Shown here piece by piece: positions 24,832 to 38,371 of a stretch of DNA of 64,000 nucleotides (positions are counted from its first letter, which is position 1; each line of letters starts with the position of its first letter). Origin of the DNA: Chiloscyllium plagiosum. Lineage: Eukaryota. The notes below the pieces were generated by a model. The model saw only the letters and a program-made list of their open reading frames with translations, did not search any database and was not told the origin of the DNA. A program made the position numbers and the translations under genes. Where the stretch lies: assembly GCF_004010195.1 (NCBI RefSeq), contig NC_057754.1, forward strand, positions 9,515,516 to 9,579,515. Direction: 5' to 3'.

Positions 24832-25189
24832 AACCAAAACATTTTACAACATCCCAGAGCCGGGTCACAGGGTTTCGAGTTCACAAACCTACTCAAAGCC
24901 TTCCAAGAGAGGACAAAGTGAAGTGCACAGGGGGAAAGAGATTGGAGTTCCGCAAGTAAGTTCAAGAGGAGAGACACAGCACCTCCAGAGGTCAGCAAGG
25001 GAACAGCACTCAGAGTGGTTGGAATCTCGCTTCTTTCTGTCTGCTGCAGAAGAAAAATCTTAGTTGTGTAAGAGCAAATTCTACACATCTCCTGGTGCAC
25101 AGTAAATGCAACACAAGCCAAGGCTTCAATGTGCACCTGGATCCCTTGCCCAGGTTTGGAAGGACCAAAAGGAAAGGCAGTTGGAGCTT

Positions 25190-26130
25190 TTGATGTTGCT
25201 GTGAGTTGCTCTCTCTCCTCAGGTTCTATCCCTCGCTACATCCAACCGGCCATTCACATGCCTCTGCTGAAAAGCAGCACCCCATCCTCCCTGGCAACTC
25301 AATTTCCCAAACCCTTTCCCCACTCTTTGTGATCTTACATCCCTGATCTGTGCCAGAGCTTAACATTGAGACCTTCCATTCAGGTCTCAGCCCAGAAAGA
25401 TTACGGAAATATTGAGGGAAGGAATTACATCTTATTTGATGTGGGCGAAGGCGGAATACCTATTCTCCTTCATAACTTGCTCGCTGACATTGACACTCCT
25501 GCCCCAGCATCTTTCTCCATTAAGTCTCTATGAATGTCAAGTCATGTGGAACAGCACCTGTACAGTCTTCTTGACCCCATCCTCTCACTGTTCCTTGGCT
25601 GCTTCAGATTCCTCAAATTTCACATGTAAAAAACAGTGTAGGTTCCTACATGCAGGTTGGAGATATCCATCTCGACCAGAACACTATCTCTTTTGACCTG
25701 TCCACTGTCTTCATCCTTGCTCTCTGCGTATGGAAACTCATAAATGCCACCATGAAGGTGATGTACTGATACTTCCCTGAGATCATCAGACTTCACCCCC
25801 TGCCTCAGTTCAAGGGATGGCCGAGACCTATCCCATGAGTCTGCTTTAACTCCAAATATCAATATTGCAACACATTCCTGGTTGGCCTCCTATAATTATC
25901 CCCCTAGTGTGTTCAAGATCATCCAAACCTCTATATCTTTACTCACAGCAAGTCCCATTCATGATCCCTCCTGCTCGAAGAATTCACATTCCTCGACAGT
26001 CAAGCAATGCCTCGAGGTAAATAGTCCATCCTTGTTTTATAAAGCCCTCATTCCTCTCTCTGTTTCTGTCCCTATTGCCCCATCTCTTTAGCCTTCCTGA
26101 GCCACATATCCCTCCCCATCTCAGGAACTT
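25190..26130 (+). mobile_element. Old L2-like LINE 3' fragment
   Basis: C/T-rich degenerate L2-like RT C-terminal sequence. Confidence 0.45.
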
Positions 26131-26457
26131 CTTTCATCTCTGACAGATACATGATGATGATGATTCAAGTGGTGCAATGCAAGACAGTTTGAAGCCAACA
26201 GGCTGAATTCAGGAGCTGGAAATGAGCTGGAAATTTGCTGCAGCTATTTCTTACGTGAAGAAAGCATTTGCAAATTTGCCCAAACCAGGCTGAGCGAAGG
26301 AGGACTTCCTTTCTGTGAAAACTGTGGCCCAGATACTCTGGTCAGTTGTCCTCTGCTGACAATTAGACTGTATCTTGGAAGGGGAACTAAAATTTCCATG
26401 AGGTACACACAGTTTTGAACGAAATTGGTGATTGATATAATGAGAGATCTTTACTGA

Positions 26458-26700
26458 TTGTTGTGGTTCTGTTCGCCGAGCTGGGAATTTGTGTTGCAGA
26501 CGTTTCATCCCCTGTCTAGGTGACATCCTCAGTGCTTGGGAGCCTCCTGTGAAGCGCTTCTGTGATCTTTCCTCCGGCATTTATAGTGGTTTGTCTCTGC
26601 CGCTTCCGGTTATCCGTTCCAGCTGGACCCAATATACCGGCCACTGCAGCGGACAGCTGGAACTGACAACCGGAAGCGGCAGAGACAAACCGCCACAGTG
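26458..26700 (-). mobile_element. Penelope-like pLTR with internal inverted repeat and hammerhead (26496-26535)
   Basis: ttgtctctgccgcttccggtt (26591) is inverted at ~26668-26690. Minus strand GCA-CTGAGGA-T-GTCACC-TAGACA-GGGGAT-GAAAC-GTC-TGC. Confidence 0.8.
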
Positions 26701-26788
26701 TTCCAGTATGATTGAAGCCTACCACAGGACCAGAGACAATGGTAAGAGCCTGGATGTAGGTTTGCTCGCTGAGCTGAAAGGTTCATTT

Positions 26789-26828
26789 TCAGATGTTTCG
26801 TCACCATACTAGGTAACATCTTCAGTGA
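26789..26828 (-). ncRNA. Minimal hammerhead ribozyme motif
   Basis: TCA-CTGAAGA-T-GTTACC-TAGTAT-GGTGAC-GAAAC-ATC-TGA. Confidence 0.65.
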
Positions 26829-27480
26829 GCCTCTGGACAAAGCAGTGCTGATGATTCCTGCATTCTGAACACAGTCCGCAGATATCACAGCAACAAACCC
26901 AAACAAACAGACAAAACATGTCCAGAAACCCTAGCCACTCTCCCCCTACGTCAAAGACATTCTGGAAATGACTGCTAGATTACACAGACCCCTTGGCATC
27001 ATGGTAGCCCAAAAACCCATCAACACACTAAAACAGCAGCTAATGAACTTGAACGACCCTATACAGACAACAAGCAAAACTAATGTCATTTACAAAATAC
27101 CGTGCAAGGACTGTAATAAACACTACATTGGACAAACAGCAGAAAACTAGCCACCAGGATACATTACCATCAACTAGCCACAAAACAACGTGACCCTCTC
27201 TCACTAGTATCCTTACATACAAACAAGGAAGGACACCAAATCCATCGTAGGACAGGCCAAACAGAGACGCACGAGAATTCCTGGAAGCATGGCATTCCAA
27301 CCAGGACTCTATCAACAAACACATTGAGTTGGACCCGATTTACCACCCCCTGAGAAAAAGAACAGTAAATGACATCACCATAGGAAATTACATCACCACA
27401 GGAAATGACATCACCAACCCCAAGAAACCCAAACATATAAATAGAAAGCAGGAATCATCAGCACTGCTTCGTCCAGAGGT

Positions 27481-27520
27481 TCACTGAAGATGTTACCTAG
27501 TAGGGTGACGAAACGTCTGA
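27481..27520 (+). ncRNA. Minimal hammerhead ribozyme motif (best preserved)
   Basis: TCA-CTGAAGA-T-GTTACC-TAGTAG-GGTGAC-GAAAC-GTC-TGA: stem I TCA/TGA, 6-bp stem II, GUC. Confidence 0.75.
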
Positions 27521-29869
27521 AAATGAACCTTCCAGCTCAGCGAGTAAACCAACCTCCAGAACCTGAAAGCTACAAATCTTCTCAAAACTGGTTAATGGGT
27601 AAGAGTGCCCGTGCCAACTTGGGACATGTTGAAAATACCCCTGGTTTAAATTGTGACAAATGGTCCAGAGCCAAGTGGACCCTGTGGAGAATCTTCAACT
27701 GTAAAGCATGGGTCCTACTGCAAATTGATATCTTCCTTGCGTTTTCCCAACTATCTTCCCATGCCTCTGAGGAGACCTCAACACCTAGCTCTCTCTCCCA
27801 CACCCTGCAGAGTCGATTGAACTCATTGAGGGGGAATTCCTCAAGTGATGGTATAAAGTGCTGACAGAAAGTGTACTTTTAGCACTGAGCACCCTCCCCC
27901 CCCCATGTCAGATTTGTGGGGTCAGTCAAAAGTGTAGTCTTTTTGAATAAAATCCCTAACTTGAAAAAAGCGAAAGAGGTCCCTGTTAGATAGCTTGTAT
28001 TTCCATGCTAACTGATCAAAGAACATCATTGTGTCTCCCTCAAATAAATTGCCCATGCAAGACACACCGCTGCCCAATGTTTGAATCCTGAATCTATCAT
28101 CCCCGGTTGAAAACCCGGCATACCCACTATAGGTATAAAAGAAGATGCTTTGCCAATATTGCCTTCCCTCTGCTGAATTGGGCCAACATGCTTTAACAGT
28201 ATTGATAACTATTGGGTTATGGCAATATTCCCTAACTGTCCTCACTTTGTCCAAAAACAGCAAACTGGTAAGGGGGCACCTTGCCTGGGAGGTTTCAATA
28301 TCTAACCTTATTGAAAGAGAGTCCCCACAGGCCCAATCACTCACATAGGATAAAAGCGAGCTTAGTTGGTAGCTTTTAATGTCTGGGAGATCCACTCCCC
28401 CCAATCTGTGAGGCAGCTGCAATTTAGCTAATTTAATAAGAGGCCACTTACGATGCCAAATAAAAGAGCTGAACCAGCCATTCAGTCTCCTGAATGTTTG
28501 CGTATTGAAAATCGGGGAGGGGGGGGCATCCGTATAGGGTATAACAAACGGGGGAGAATATTCATTTTAATAAGCGCTGTCCGACCTAACCACGAGACTG
28601 GAAGCGCCTCCCATCTTTGAAGGTCTTGTTTGATTTTGTCAAATAATTGAGTAAAATTGGCTTTGAACAGCCAATCCAGAACTGGAGTGATAAATATGCC
28701 CAAATACACAAAGCCCCCGTGTGACCACTTGAATAGGAATCGATATACGCCCTCAAGACCTAGCACCTTCATAAGACCACCCATAGGCTTAGCCTCTGAT
28801 TTTGCAAGATTAATCTTGTACCCTGAAAAGGCACCAAACGCACTGATACCTTGTATCAGGTGAGGCACCGAAACGGCTGGATTTGACAAAAAAAAATTAG
28901 GACATTGTCCGCGTGCAACAAAATCTGATGTAATTTGGACCCCACACCTGGAGCTGATATATTGGGATCCCCATGAATGGCCTCGACCAATGGTTCAATC
29001 ACCAACGTAAAAAGCAATGGTGAAAGGGGACAGCCTTTCCAGCCGCCCCTAAAACTGTTAAAATGACTGATTGTACCCCATTGGTGATGACCGCAATTGG
29101 AAGGTCACTGTAGAGAACCTTTACGCACCTTATAAAGGCTTTGCCCAAGTCAAACTGCTCTAGAGTATAAAAAGATATGGCCACTCAACTCAGTCAAACG
29201 CCTGCATCTACAGAAATCACCACTCCCTATATTCTCTGTTGTTGACATGCTTGAATTACATTAAGCAGCCTCCTAACATTATTGGAGGATCTGCAGCCTT
29301 TTATGGAGCCCGTCTGGTCCTCTTTAACATTAGAAGGTAACACAGTGTCCAGCCTTAACGTGAGAGTCTTAGAGAGGATTTTAAAGTTCACATTTAAGAG
29401 TGAAATGGGCCTGCATGAAACACAGGCCTCCAGGACCTTCTCTTTTTTTAAGATTAAGCGAAATATTGGCCTCTCTCAGTGATGGCAGGAGACAATCATG
29501 GCTGTATAAGTCATAGGGCATGTTGAGCATTGGGCCTGACAAACCCTAACTCCACACACAGATCCACTAATTCCTTATAGAATTCGCTGGGAAGTCCACC
29601 AGGACTGGGTGCCTTTCCACTCTGCTTCACAGCCTCCCACACCATATCAAATGGGGGCATTGAGAAAAGACTCTTGTTCAGGGGTCATGCCCGAGAGGTC
29701 CAGATCCTTGAAAAAGGACTCCATTTTGGCCCACCCCTCCTCATAACCCTCAGATTGATATAACTTGGAGTGAAATCTCTGGAATGCCACATTAATCTTT
29801 TTGGAGTCACATGTTCGATTCCCAGACTCTTCCCTAATTGCCATAATGGCTTGAGGGGCGCTCTTTTAA

Positions 29870-30345
29870 GACCATAAGACATAGGAGTGGAAGTAAGGCC
29901 ATTCGGCCCATCGAGTCCACTCCGCCATTCAATCATGGCTGATGCGCATTTCAGCTCCACTTACCAGCGTTCTCCCCGTAGCCCTTAATTCCACTAGAGA
30001 ACAAGAATCTATCAATCTTCGCCTTGAAGACATTTAGCGTCCCGGCTTCCACTGCACTCCGTGGCAATGAATTCCACAGGCCCACCACTCTCTGGCTGAA
30101 GAAATGTCTCCGCATTTCTGTTCTGAAATTACCCCCTCTAATTCTAAGGCTGTGTCCACGGGTCCTAGTCTCCTCGTCTAACGGAAACAATTTCCTAGTA
30201 TCCACCTTTTCCAAGCCATGTCTTATTTTGTACGTCTCTATTAAGTCTCCCCTTAATCTTCTAAACTCCAATGAATACAATCCCAGTATCCTCAGCCGTT
30301 CCTCATATGTTAGACCTGTCATTCCAGGGATCATCCGTGTGAATT
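29870..30345 (-). mobile_element. CR1/HER1 LINE 3' fragment inserted in L1
   Basis: YEERLRILGLYSLEFRRLRGDLIETYK..TRGHSL..WNSLP. Confidence 0.9.
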
Positions 30346-30816
30346 TCCTGATGAGTATTTGCCTGGCCTGTCACCATGCTCATATAACCTTTGCTTTGCA
30401 CAAGTAAGGTCTTTCTTTGCTGTCTGTGTGAGCACGGAATTCAATGCAGACCGCAGCATTGTATTCCTCTGTAACTTGACCAACGAGGGCCTGTCAAAGT
30501 AGGCCTTCTCAGCTGCCTTCAGCCGTGCTTCGAGGAGACGTTGCTGCTCATCCTTCTGCCGCTTCCTCTTGGCAGAGTAGGAAATAACTAATCCCTGGTA
30601 TCAGCTTTGGCAGTTTCCCAAAGGACGGATGGGCTACTAACCGAGCCTGAGTTCATGTCTCGGAATGCCTGAAATTCCCTAGTGATGTACTTCACAAACT
30701 TATTATCCTCGAGGATAAAGGGATCCATTTGCCAGTGCCTCGGACCCACTGTAACATCCTTAAACTTAACCAAAAGGTAAACTGGAGTGTGATCGGAGAT
30801 GATAACATAACATTTA

Positions 30817-31130
30817 GGGCGGCACTGTGGCACAGTGGTTAGCACTGCTGCCTCACAGCGCCTGAGACCCGGGTTCAATTCCCGCCTCAGGCGACTGACT
30901 GTGTGGAGTTTGCACATTCTCCCCATGTCTGCGTGGGTTTCCTCCGGGTGCTCCGGTTTCCTCCCACAGTCCAAAGATGTGCAGGGCCAGGTGAATTGGC
31001 CATACTAAATTGCCCGTAGTGTTAGGTAAGGGGTCAATGTAGGGGTATGGGTGGGTTGCGCTTCGGCGGGTCGGTGTGGACTTGTTGGGCCGAAGGGCCT
31101 GTTTCCACACTGTAATCTAATCTAATCTAA
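30817..31130 (+). mobile_element. HE1-type V-SINE (young-looking) inserted in L1
   Basis: Near-complete, with (taatc)n tail. Confidence 0.92.
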
Positions 31131-32134
31131 TTACCAATTGTACAAGATGCCACCAAGTCCAGGGTGGTCATGGGGGTCAGAAAAAAAAATCAATCCTGGT
31201 ATGACATCTGTGTGGATTCGAAAAAAACCGTAAAATCCCTGCCTATAGGGTGGCGACGCCTCCAGACATACACCAACTCTAACTCCACAAACAGATCCAT
31301 TAACTGATTAGTTTGTACAAAGGGTATCGAGGGGCCTTTGAGCAACCTGTCCACTGTGGGATCCATGAGACAATTAAAATCTCCCCCACAATGATATGCC
31401 GGGACTTGAGACTGATCAGTTTAGAGAACGCATCTACCAAACATTTGAGGGGATGGGCCAGAGGGCAATAAGCATTTAAAACACCCTGTTATTCCCCGTT
31501 TATCAGGTCTTTGAGAATTACCGTGTGTCTTTAACACACTCTGGTACCTTAAATGGGAGATTCCTCCGAACCAATAGAGCCACTCCCCAACTTCTGGTAT
31601 TAAAGATGAAAAGCAAACACAAAGCCATTCTGCTCTAGTTTCAAATGCTTCCTATCATCCAAGTGTGTCTCCTGTAACAAAGCAATATCCACCTTCTCTT
31701 TTCGAAGACTCAAAAGTACCTTCTTCCTCTTAATTGGTGAGTGACACCCCTTGATATTCCAGGTACATCATTAGCCATAACCTTCTGCAGTAACATTTAA
31801 ATTCCAGAGAGGAGGAACTCGAACCACAAATCGCCGAGCCTTAGTGTCACCTGATCCATCGAACATTAAAACTACATAAACTAAACCCACCACAGTTAAC
31901 AAACACTCAAAGCTATCAAAGATTATATACAACAAAAACCAAAATACAAACCAACATATAAGGAGCCAATGGCGCTGAATATGGGAACTCACCCCCTGCC
32001 CAAAGGGGGCAACTACCCATCCCAAAACCCAATTTCCCATCCCGTTGCCAAGATTGCGGCCTGGGCATTTAAATATAAACTGCCCGTAAGTAGGCATCTA
32101 GCCATGCCAACCATATTCCCTCCTCCTAGCTAGA

Positions 32135-32382
32135 GAGGCCCTTTGGCCCAGCAAGTCCACACCAACCCTCCAAACAGTAACTCACCCAGACCCATTCCCC
32201 ATTATTCTATATTTACCCCTGACTAATGCAACTAGCCTACACATCCCTGAACACTGTGGGAGGAAACCGGAGCACCCAGAAGTAACCTACCCAGAATGTG
32301 CAAACTCCACACAGTCGCACGAGGCTCAAATCGAACCCAGGTCCCTGGCGCTGTGAGGCAGCAGTGCTAGCCACTGTGCCGC
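32135..32382 (-). mobile_element. HE1-type V-SINE with internal deletions
   Basis: Head and partial V-domain. Confidence 0.8.
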
Positions 32383-33372
32383 TGAGTCCTACCAGGGACA
32401 AAGGGATTAATAAGTCTTGAGGTAGAGTTCAGAATACTTAATGTGTTTGCTGTCTTGGCGTTTATTCAGGAAGAGATAACAGCAAATTTATCAGTCGTGA
32501 GAGTGAGTTCGTGTGAATGTGAGGCTGTGCGTGCCTGAGAAATTGTCAGAGCATGAATGAGAGTCTGTGACAGAGTGACCAGCTCTGCCTGTAATGGAAC
32601 ACACTTTGAATGAATTAATCAAAATGCAATGAGTCAACGTCTCAGAATCTCTCTGTCTCTCTGTTGTTTGAAGAGGTAAAGTGCCACCCTCTGCTGGCCT
32701 CCCCACATCACTGCACAAGCTCCACATTTCTCTCTGTTTGCCCTCCTTTTGTCTTCTAATCTTCCAGGGGGACGGATCAATCCCCGATCACATGAATCAT
32801 CCAGTCCATCAGAGGATGGATCAATTCCCAACCACATTGATTCCCCAGTCTTCCGGGAGGTGGGGATGGGTCAACTCCCCACCGCATCGATCACCCAGTC
32901 CTCCTTCACATTGAGGTATCTAATAGTCTAACTTTTGCTGAATTTATACAAAACCCTCTGAAGTTGAAATGGATACTTTTGGAGTGTTCCAGGCCTGAGA
33001 CAACCTCCCAGGGGGATCTTCAATGTCCCGAGCGATTTCTTCAAACTCTGCAGAAATGGGGATTCCACAGGATCTCTGTTGACAATGGTGAAGCAGTGGT
33101 GGAAGACTTTCCTCAAACAATATCTTTTCATATTCTTAAACTATTCAAAGTCGTGGCGGAATTATGGCAACAAGGGAAGCTTTTCACCGTATGTTACTGT
33201 ATTTTTCCACTGTAAAATATACACAGCAGTGAAAAATATCATTCATTTATTCATTCAACACGAGTTATGCTCAGGGCGGGAGGCTTTAAATTCAAAAATG
33301 AGCAAGCTCACCTATGTCCAGTTCTGGTCATCCTTTTATAGGAAGGACATTATGAAGCTGCAGAAGATATTG

Positions 33373-34338
33373 TTACTGAAACAAGTTCCCATTCAGTGCA
33401 AACAAATATTTTGCCAAATGCTTCAGTTCCTCTCTGAACTTTCTCTGCACAATTCCACAGATGGACGCATTTGTGTCGGAACCCAGAAGCTGCAGTAACA
33501 ATCCAACCTGTTGAGTGATGTACATCGGATTACTGAGGGTATTTGCCTGTGTCACAATAATTTATCACTGGCCAATTTACCGAACGTACAATATACGTCA
33601 TCTAAAGGAATATGAAATTAGCAGAAATACTGAAAAGCAAAACCACGGTGTTCTCTGATTGTTCCATTCAGGACCGTTCTGGTTGCTGCTGTTACTCAGA
33701 AGTCCCCTGCATAATCTCTTAGCAAAATCCTGAATGGGAAATCTCATTCGTGGACCAAACGCTGGTTAGTCCTTGGGGAAAGTGGGAAATGGAAAATATG
33801 ACAAGTATATCGCACACCAACAAAAGAAAATTGTCGATTTTCCGTTCGCATTAACCCAGTTAATAAGCATGGAAATTATAGGTCATCATTGATAAAGACG
33901 CTGGATACAAAGACATGCAAACGAGACAGAGTTCTGCAATGTAACATGTGAAATAATTTTGCAAAGAAGCAATTATTGAAACCACCTTGATATAAGCATT
34001 ACAGCAACTTTAGCGTTGAAACATTCAAGAAGTTGTAATTCATTTCTCATCTGACATCAGTGCCCTCCTAGGTCAGAGTTTCTCTCTGAAACTTCAAAGA
34101 CATTAACTGTTTCAACATAGCCTGAGGTGCAAATTGCAATTTGTGAACCACTTTACGAAAATAGGACATTCTCTTTACATTAAACAAATACCAGCAAGCA
34201 GAAAATGGATGAAATTTAATTTTGCGCATTGGTATTCAACTTGTACTATATTTTTTTCACTCGCTTACCAAGAATACTGATAGCAGCAAGAATTGGCTAG
34301 GAAATAAACCTGATCTGAAAAATTGTGGGATATCCCAT
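33373..34338 (-). pseudogene. GPR139-like GPCR pseudogene (exon 1 plus TM6-TM7-helix 8; TM1b-TM5 not found)
   Basis: Exon 1 34338-34269 MGYPTIFQIRFIS*PILAAISIL-G|GTAAG. 33730-33373 reads ..VLLFSISANFIFL*MTYIV..QQVGLLLQLLGSDTNASICGIVQRKFREELKHLAKYLF, aligning with the C-termini of both intact GPCRs. Confidence 0.8.
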
Positions 34339-34819
34339 TTCTTGCGAGAAACTCCAATGTTTGCACTGCCAGGCAATCTTTTTCTGACTGTGTGTAAGCA
34401 CCGAATATACTCAGAGTCACTTACTTAAATGAAAGAGATGTCTCCATGGGATAAGATCAGGGATATCAATGACATTCCACTGAATAAACAAATGCACACG
34501 AACTTTTCTGATTCCAGGGATTTGTGAGTAACACAGATCATTCACCACAGTGTATGTCAAAATGCTCACCACCCCCCCCCCCCCCCCCCCACTGCCCATC
34601 CTGGTAGCACTCATCTCATATTACAGAGCTGCACAAGGTCTCTTCCACTCCCTCCACCCGATCCCAGCCAGCTCCACATTCCCCAGTGCTTGCCTCTCAC
34701 CTCTTCCACACCCCCGGTGTCGACCGGTTGACCCACATCATTGCCACTGGGCAACCTTTCAAAATTGCTTCAGCCTTCCTGATTACCTGATGTACCAGCT
34801 TTCTGAGTTCCACCCGCAG

Positions 34820-36050
34820 TTACCTCTTTGGACAATGAATCTGTGGAACTCATTGCCACAGGCGCTTGTGGAGGCCATGTACTTGAGAGCATGTAAGGAT
34901 AGGTTCCTGACGAGTAAGGGTATCAATGTTTATGGGGGGAAGGCAGGAGAATGTGTTTGAGAAACATATTGGCCAAGATATAATGGCAGAGCAGCCTAAA
35001 TGGGTTGAATGGCCTGATTCTGCTCCTGTCTCTTACAGTCTTACACCCTAAGTCCATTTCTTCTGCAGTGTCCTGCTGTCCTTGCTCCATTTAACTTGTC
35101 CCATTGTTCTCCCTTCCAAAATGAACAACTTCGCATTTTCCTGCAATAAACTCAATGCGACAAATTTTACTCTGTCACTTCACATATAAGTATATGCCTC
35201 TCACGACTTGTCTTTCCACCTATTTTTGTGTCATCTGCAAATTTGGCAACAGTACATTAGCTTCCTTCCTCCCATTCATTCATACATATTGGAAATAGTT
35301 GCGTTCCCAGCACTGATCCCTGTGGAAACCGATTATAGGTTTCCAACTTGAAAAGGTATCCCTTATCCCATCTGCTGTTTCCTGCCCGTCTGCCAGTTCT
35401 CTACTCATGCCACATTACTACGTCGACACCACCAGCCCTTAGCTTATGATGTGAATCCTTGTGAGGTAACTTGCTGTACACATTCTACTGGCCCGCATCA
35501 ATCCACTCTGGTTGAAGCCTTATCAAAATCTGAAGATCCTGGTTCCAGGTCGCTCTACCATGCGGGGCATCCTGTTCCGTTCTATGTGATGAAAGATTTA
35601 GGCCTCGAGCCAGTCTGTTAAGTCATATGGAGTTCCACAGTAGAAACTCAAGATTGATTGGCTGCCATCCTTAAATGGAGGAATGGGCGCTCGTTACCAA
35701 ATCAATAATTAGCAATGTTATTTCCACACTTTCTGCAACAGCTATCGGAAGGATATTATTAAATTGGAGAGGGCTCAGAAAGGATTTACCAAGAATTTGC
35801 TCAGAATGGAAAGTGTGAGTCGTAAAGTTAGGCTGGATGGGCTAGGCCTGTTTTCACTACAGCATGGGAGGTTGAGGAGTGACCTTATCGAGGTTTATAA
35901 AATCACCAGGGGCTTGGATAAGGTAAATAGCCGGGGGTCTTTTTCCCTAGGGCGGGGGCATTCCAAACTGGTGGGCATATTTTTAAGGTGAGAGAGAGAG
36001 ACACAACGCTTATACACCGAGTGGTTCGTGTGCGGAATGAACTGCCAGAG
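34820..36050. mobile_element. Cluster of CR1 fragments (~34820-35040 +, ~35080-35520 -, ~35740-36050 +)
   Basis: WNSLP..GYGGKAG tail; ERAQKGFTK..RLRSDLIEVYK. Confidence 0.75.
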
Positions 36051-37759
36051 AACGTGTGATAATAGAAATGCTTAAGAGGTTGTCCTGTTTTCTTTAGAAG
36101 GGCGGTTTTAAGTCAGAGGTAGTGAGGTGCCTATTTGAAAAGCTAATAAAGTAAACAGCTTGTGAGACTTTTTCTTTAAATTAGAACGATAGAAGCAGTC
36201 TGAAAGGGTATTGTCAAACTCCCACAGAACCAGGATTTTTAGTTTCTCAGTTCTTCAGTAGCAGTTACAGGGTCATAGGGTAATACAGCATGGAAACAGA
36301 CCCTTCAGCCCAGACTGGTCCACAGTGACCCTGATGCCCACTCAGCTAGTTCCAACTGGCTTCATTTGGCCCATATCCCTCCAGGAATACACTTTATCCT
36401 GGCTAATGATATAGCTGGATCACAGGGGGTGAGTGAGGCCTGTTGTGGTTGAAAAGCCTGTGGAAAATCAGGCAACTGAGGAAACATACGCTGGGATTTT
36501 TCCTGACTGTATGGTAACAAGGTCACAAAGCCACAGGTAGGAACTGTAGGAGAAATCAAAGAATAAAGATAGGGAAGTTGAAGTTCAATTATCAGACACG
36601 ATGTTTGATCAAATGATTGAGAAACAAAAACAAACACAGCTGGAGGACGAAGTGGACAATTTTAGTTCAGAGAAATTAACTGAAATACAACAGAGAGATG
36701 AGAAACTAAAGCAGTTATATCAAGGCATGTACACAAGAGAAGAATCTGAGTGTATCCCAGAATGTTACTATCTTAAAAATGGTGTTTTAATGAGGAAATG
36801 GAGACCATCACGTATTCATGCAGATGAGAAATGGGCAGAAAATCATCAAATTATATTAGCGATGGGTTATAGAAAGGAGGTGTTGCAGGTAGCATGTGAA
36901 TTACCAGTAGGAGATCATTTAGGTGTAAGGAAAACTCAAGCCAAAATACAAAAACATTTTTATTGGCCTGGACTGCATCAGGATGTGTTTGAATTTTGCC
37001 AGAAATGTCGTCCGTGTCAGGTAATTAGAAAACCAGTACTCTTAACACCCATTCTGGCATTTGAAGAAACCTCTACAAAGGTCTTAGTTGTTTGTGTAGG
37101 ACCCCAATCTAAAACAAAAAGTGGGAATCAGTATTTGTTGACCATAACTGATGAGTCCACTAGATTTCCAAGGCCATTCCATTACGGCTATAAGGATTGG
37201 CGAAGAGTTACTCAAAGTCTCCACCTGATATGGACTACCTACAGAGATACAATCAGATCAAGGGTCAAATTTCACATCAAAGTCATTTAAAGGAGTTCAG
37301 AATAGCTGAACAAAGAAACAATTCAAATCCACTGCATACCATCCAGAATTGTAGGGAGCATTGGCATCGAACTTTAAAGACAATGTTGAGGGCTTATAGC
37401 CAAGACTATCCAGCGGATTGGGAAAAGGAATTCCACTATGGAAGTAGAGATGCACCAAATGGATCTACCAAATTTAGTTTTGGGGCATGAGATGAGAGGA
37501 CCACTAAAAGTAATGAAGGAGAAATTGGTGAGTCAGAGTTCAGAGACCACATGTTTGAACAATGTGTCAATTTTTTGGGAAAGATTAAATAGAGTGGGTG
37601 AGTTGGCTAGACAGCATCTGAAAATAGCACAGCATGTGATGAAACAGGAAGCAGGCAATAAATCAAAAATTCGCAAGTTTGCTAGCGGAGATCAAATGTT
37701 AAGACAAGATATAGCAGACCTTATCAAATTGAACAAAAACTGAGAAAGATTAACTATTT

Positions 37760-38066
37760 CATAGTCATAGTCATAGTCATAGAGATGTACAGCATGGAAA
37801 CAGACCCTTCGGTCCAACCCGTCCATGCCGACCAGATATCCCAACCCAATCTAGTCCCACCTGCCAGCACCCGGCCCATATCCCTCCAAACCTTTGTAAA
37901 CCTCTATAAGGTCACCCCTCAGCCTCTGACGCTCCAGGGAAAACAGCCCCAGCCTGTTCAGCCTCTCCCTATATCTCAAACCCTCCAACCCTGGCAACAT
38001 CCTTGTAAATCTTTTCTGAGCCCTTTCAAGTTTCATTACATCTTTCCGATAGGAAGGAGACCAGGA
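37760..38066 (-). mobile_element. CR1/HER1 3' fragment
   Basis: [24 protein letters not shown], (atagtc)n tail. Its 3' end closely matches 7130-7260. Confidence 0.88.
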
Positions 38067-38371
38067 TTCTGGGTAATCCAAAATGGAGGACAGAAAAAAT
38101 TTCTGGCTGTAAGAGCTGCTCCTTTTTTTGAGGTATTTTAGGTTTTGGAGATGATTTCCTTGAATTCTAGGAGCAGCAATTACTGTTTTATATGCTGTTG
38201 CAGTGTTTTGGAACTTTGGAAAAAAAATAAGATTGCCAGATAGAAAGAAATCTCACAGAGTGTGTCGTGTGAATATGCTCAAACGTTTTTGTTTGAGGGA
38301 AGGAAAGCAAAAGGAGACTGTGTTACTGATAACAATTCAGAGTGAAGAAGCCAGCTCAGATGATTCTGAAA

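Larger units (their letters stand above)
26748..27590 (+). mobile_element. 5'-truncated Penelope-like element with GIY-YIG endonuclease remnant and inverted pLTRs
   Basis: NVIYKIPCKDCNKHYIGQT..REFLEAWHS. 26750-26862 is the reverse complement of ~27448-27560. Confidence 0.88.
27590..32100 (-). mobile_element. L1-clade LINE, degenerate ORF2 (APE endonuclease plus RT)
   Basis: ATG 31778, then TWNIKG..IALLQETHL, ISDHTP, LLHADNVL, SGYKINLAKSE, GRTALIKMNILPRLLY. Interrupted by CR1 and SINE. Confidence 0.88.

Noticed and set aside
30817..30890. tRNA-like A/B boxes here and in other copies
   Set aside because: Heads of HE1-type SINEs continuing into V-domain and LINE-like tail; not tRNA genes.
36601..37290. 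229-aa ORF as a possible domesticated integrase gene
   Set aside because: Frameshifts within the catalytic core, and the flanks are degenerate Gmr1 sequence.
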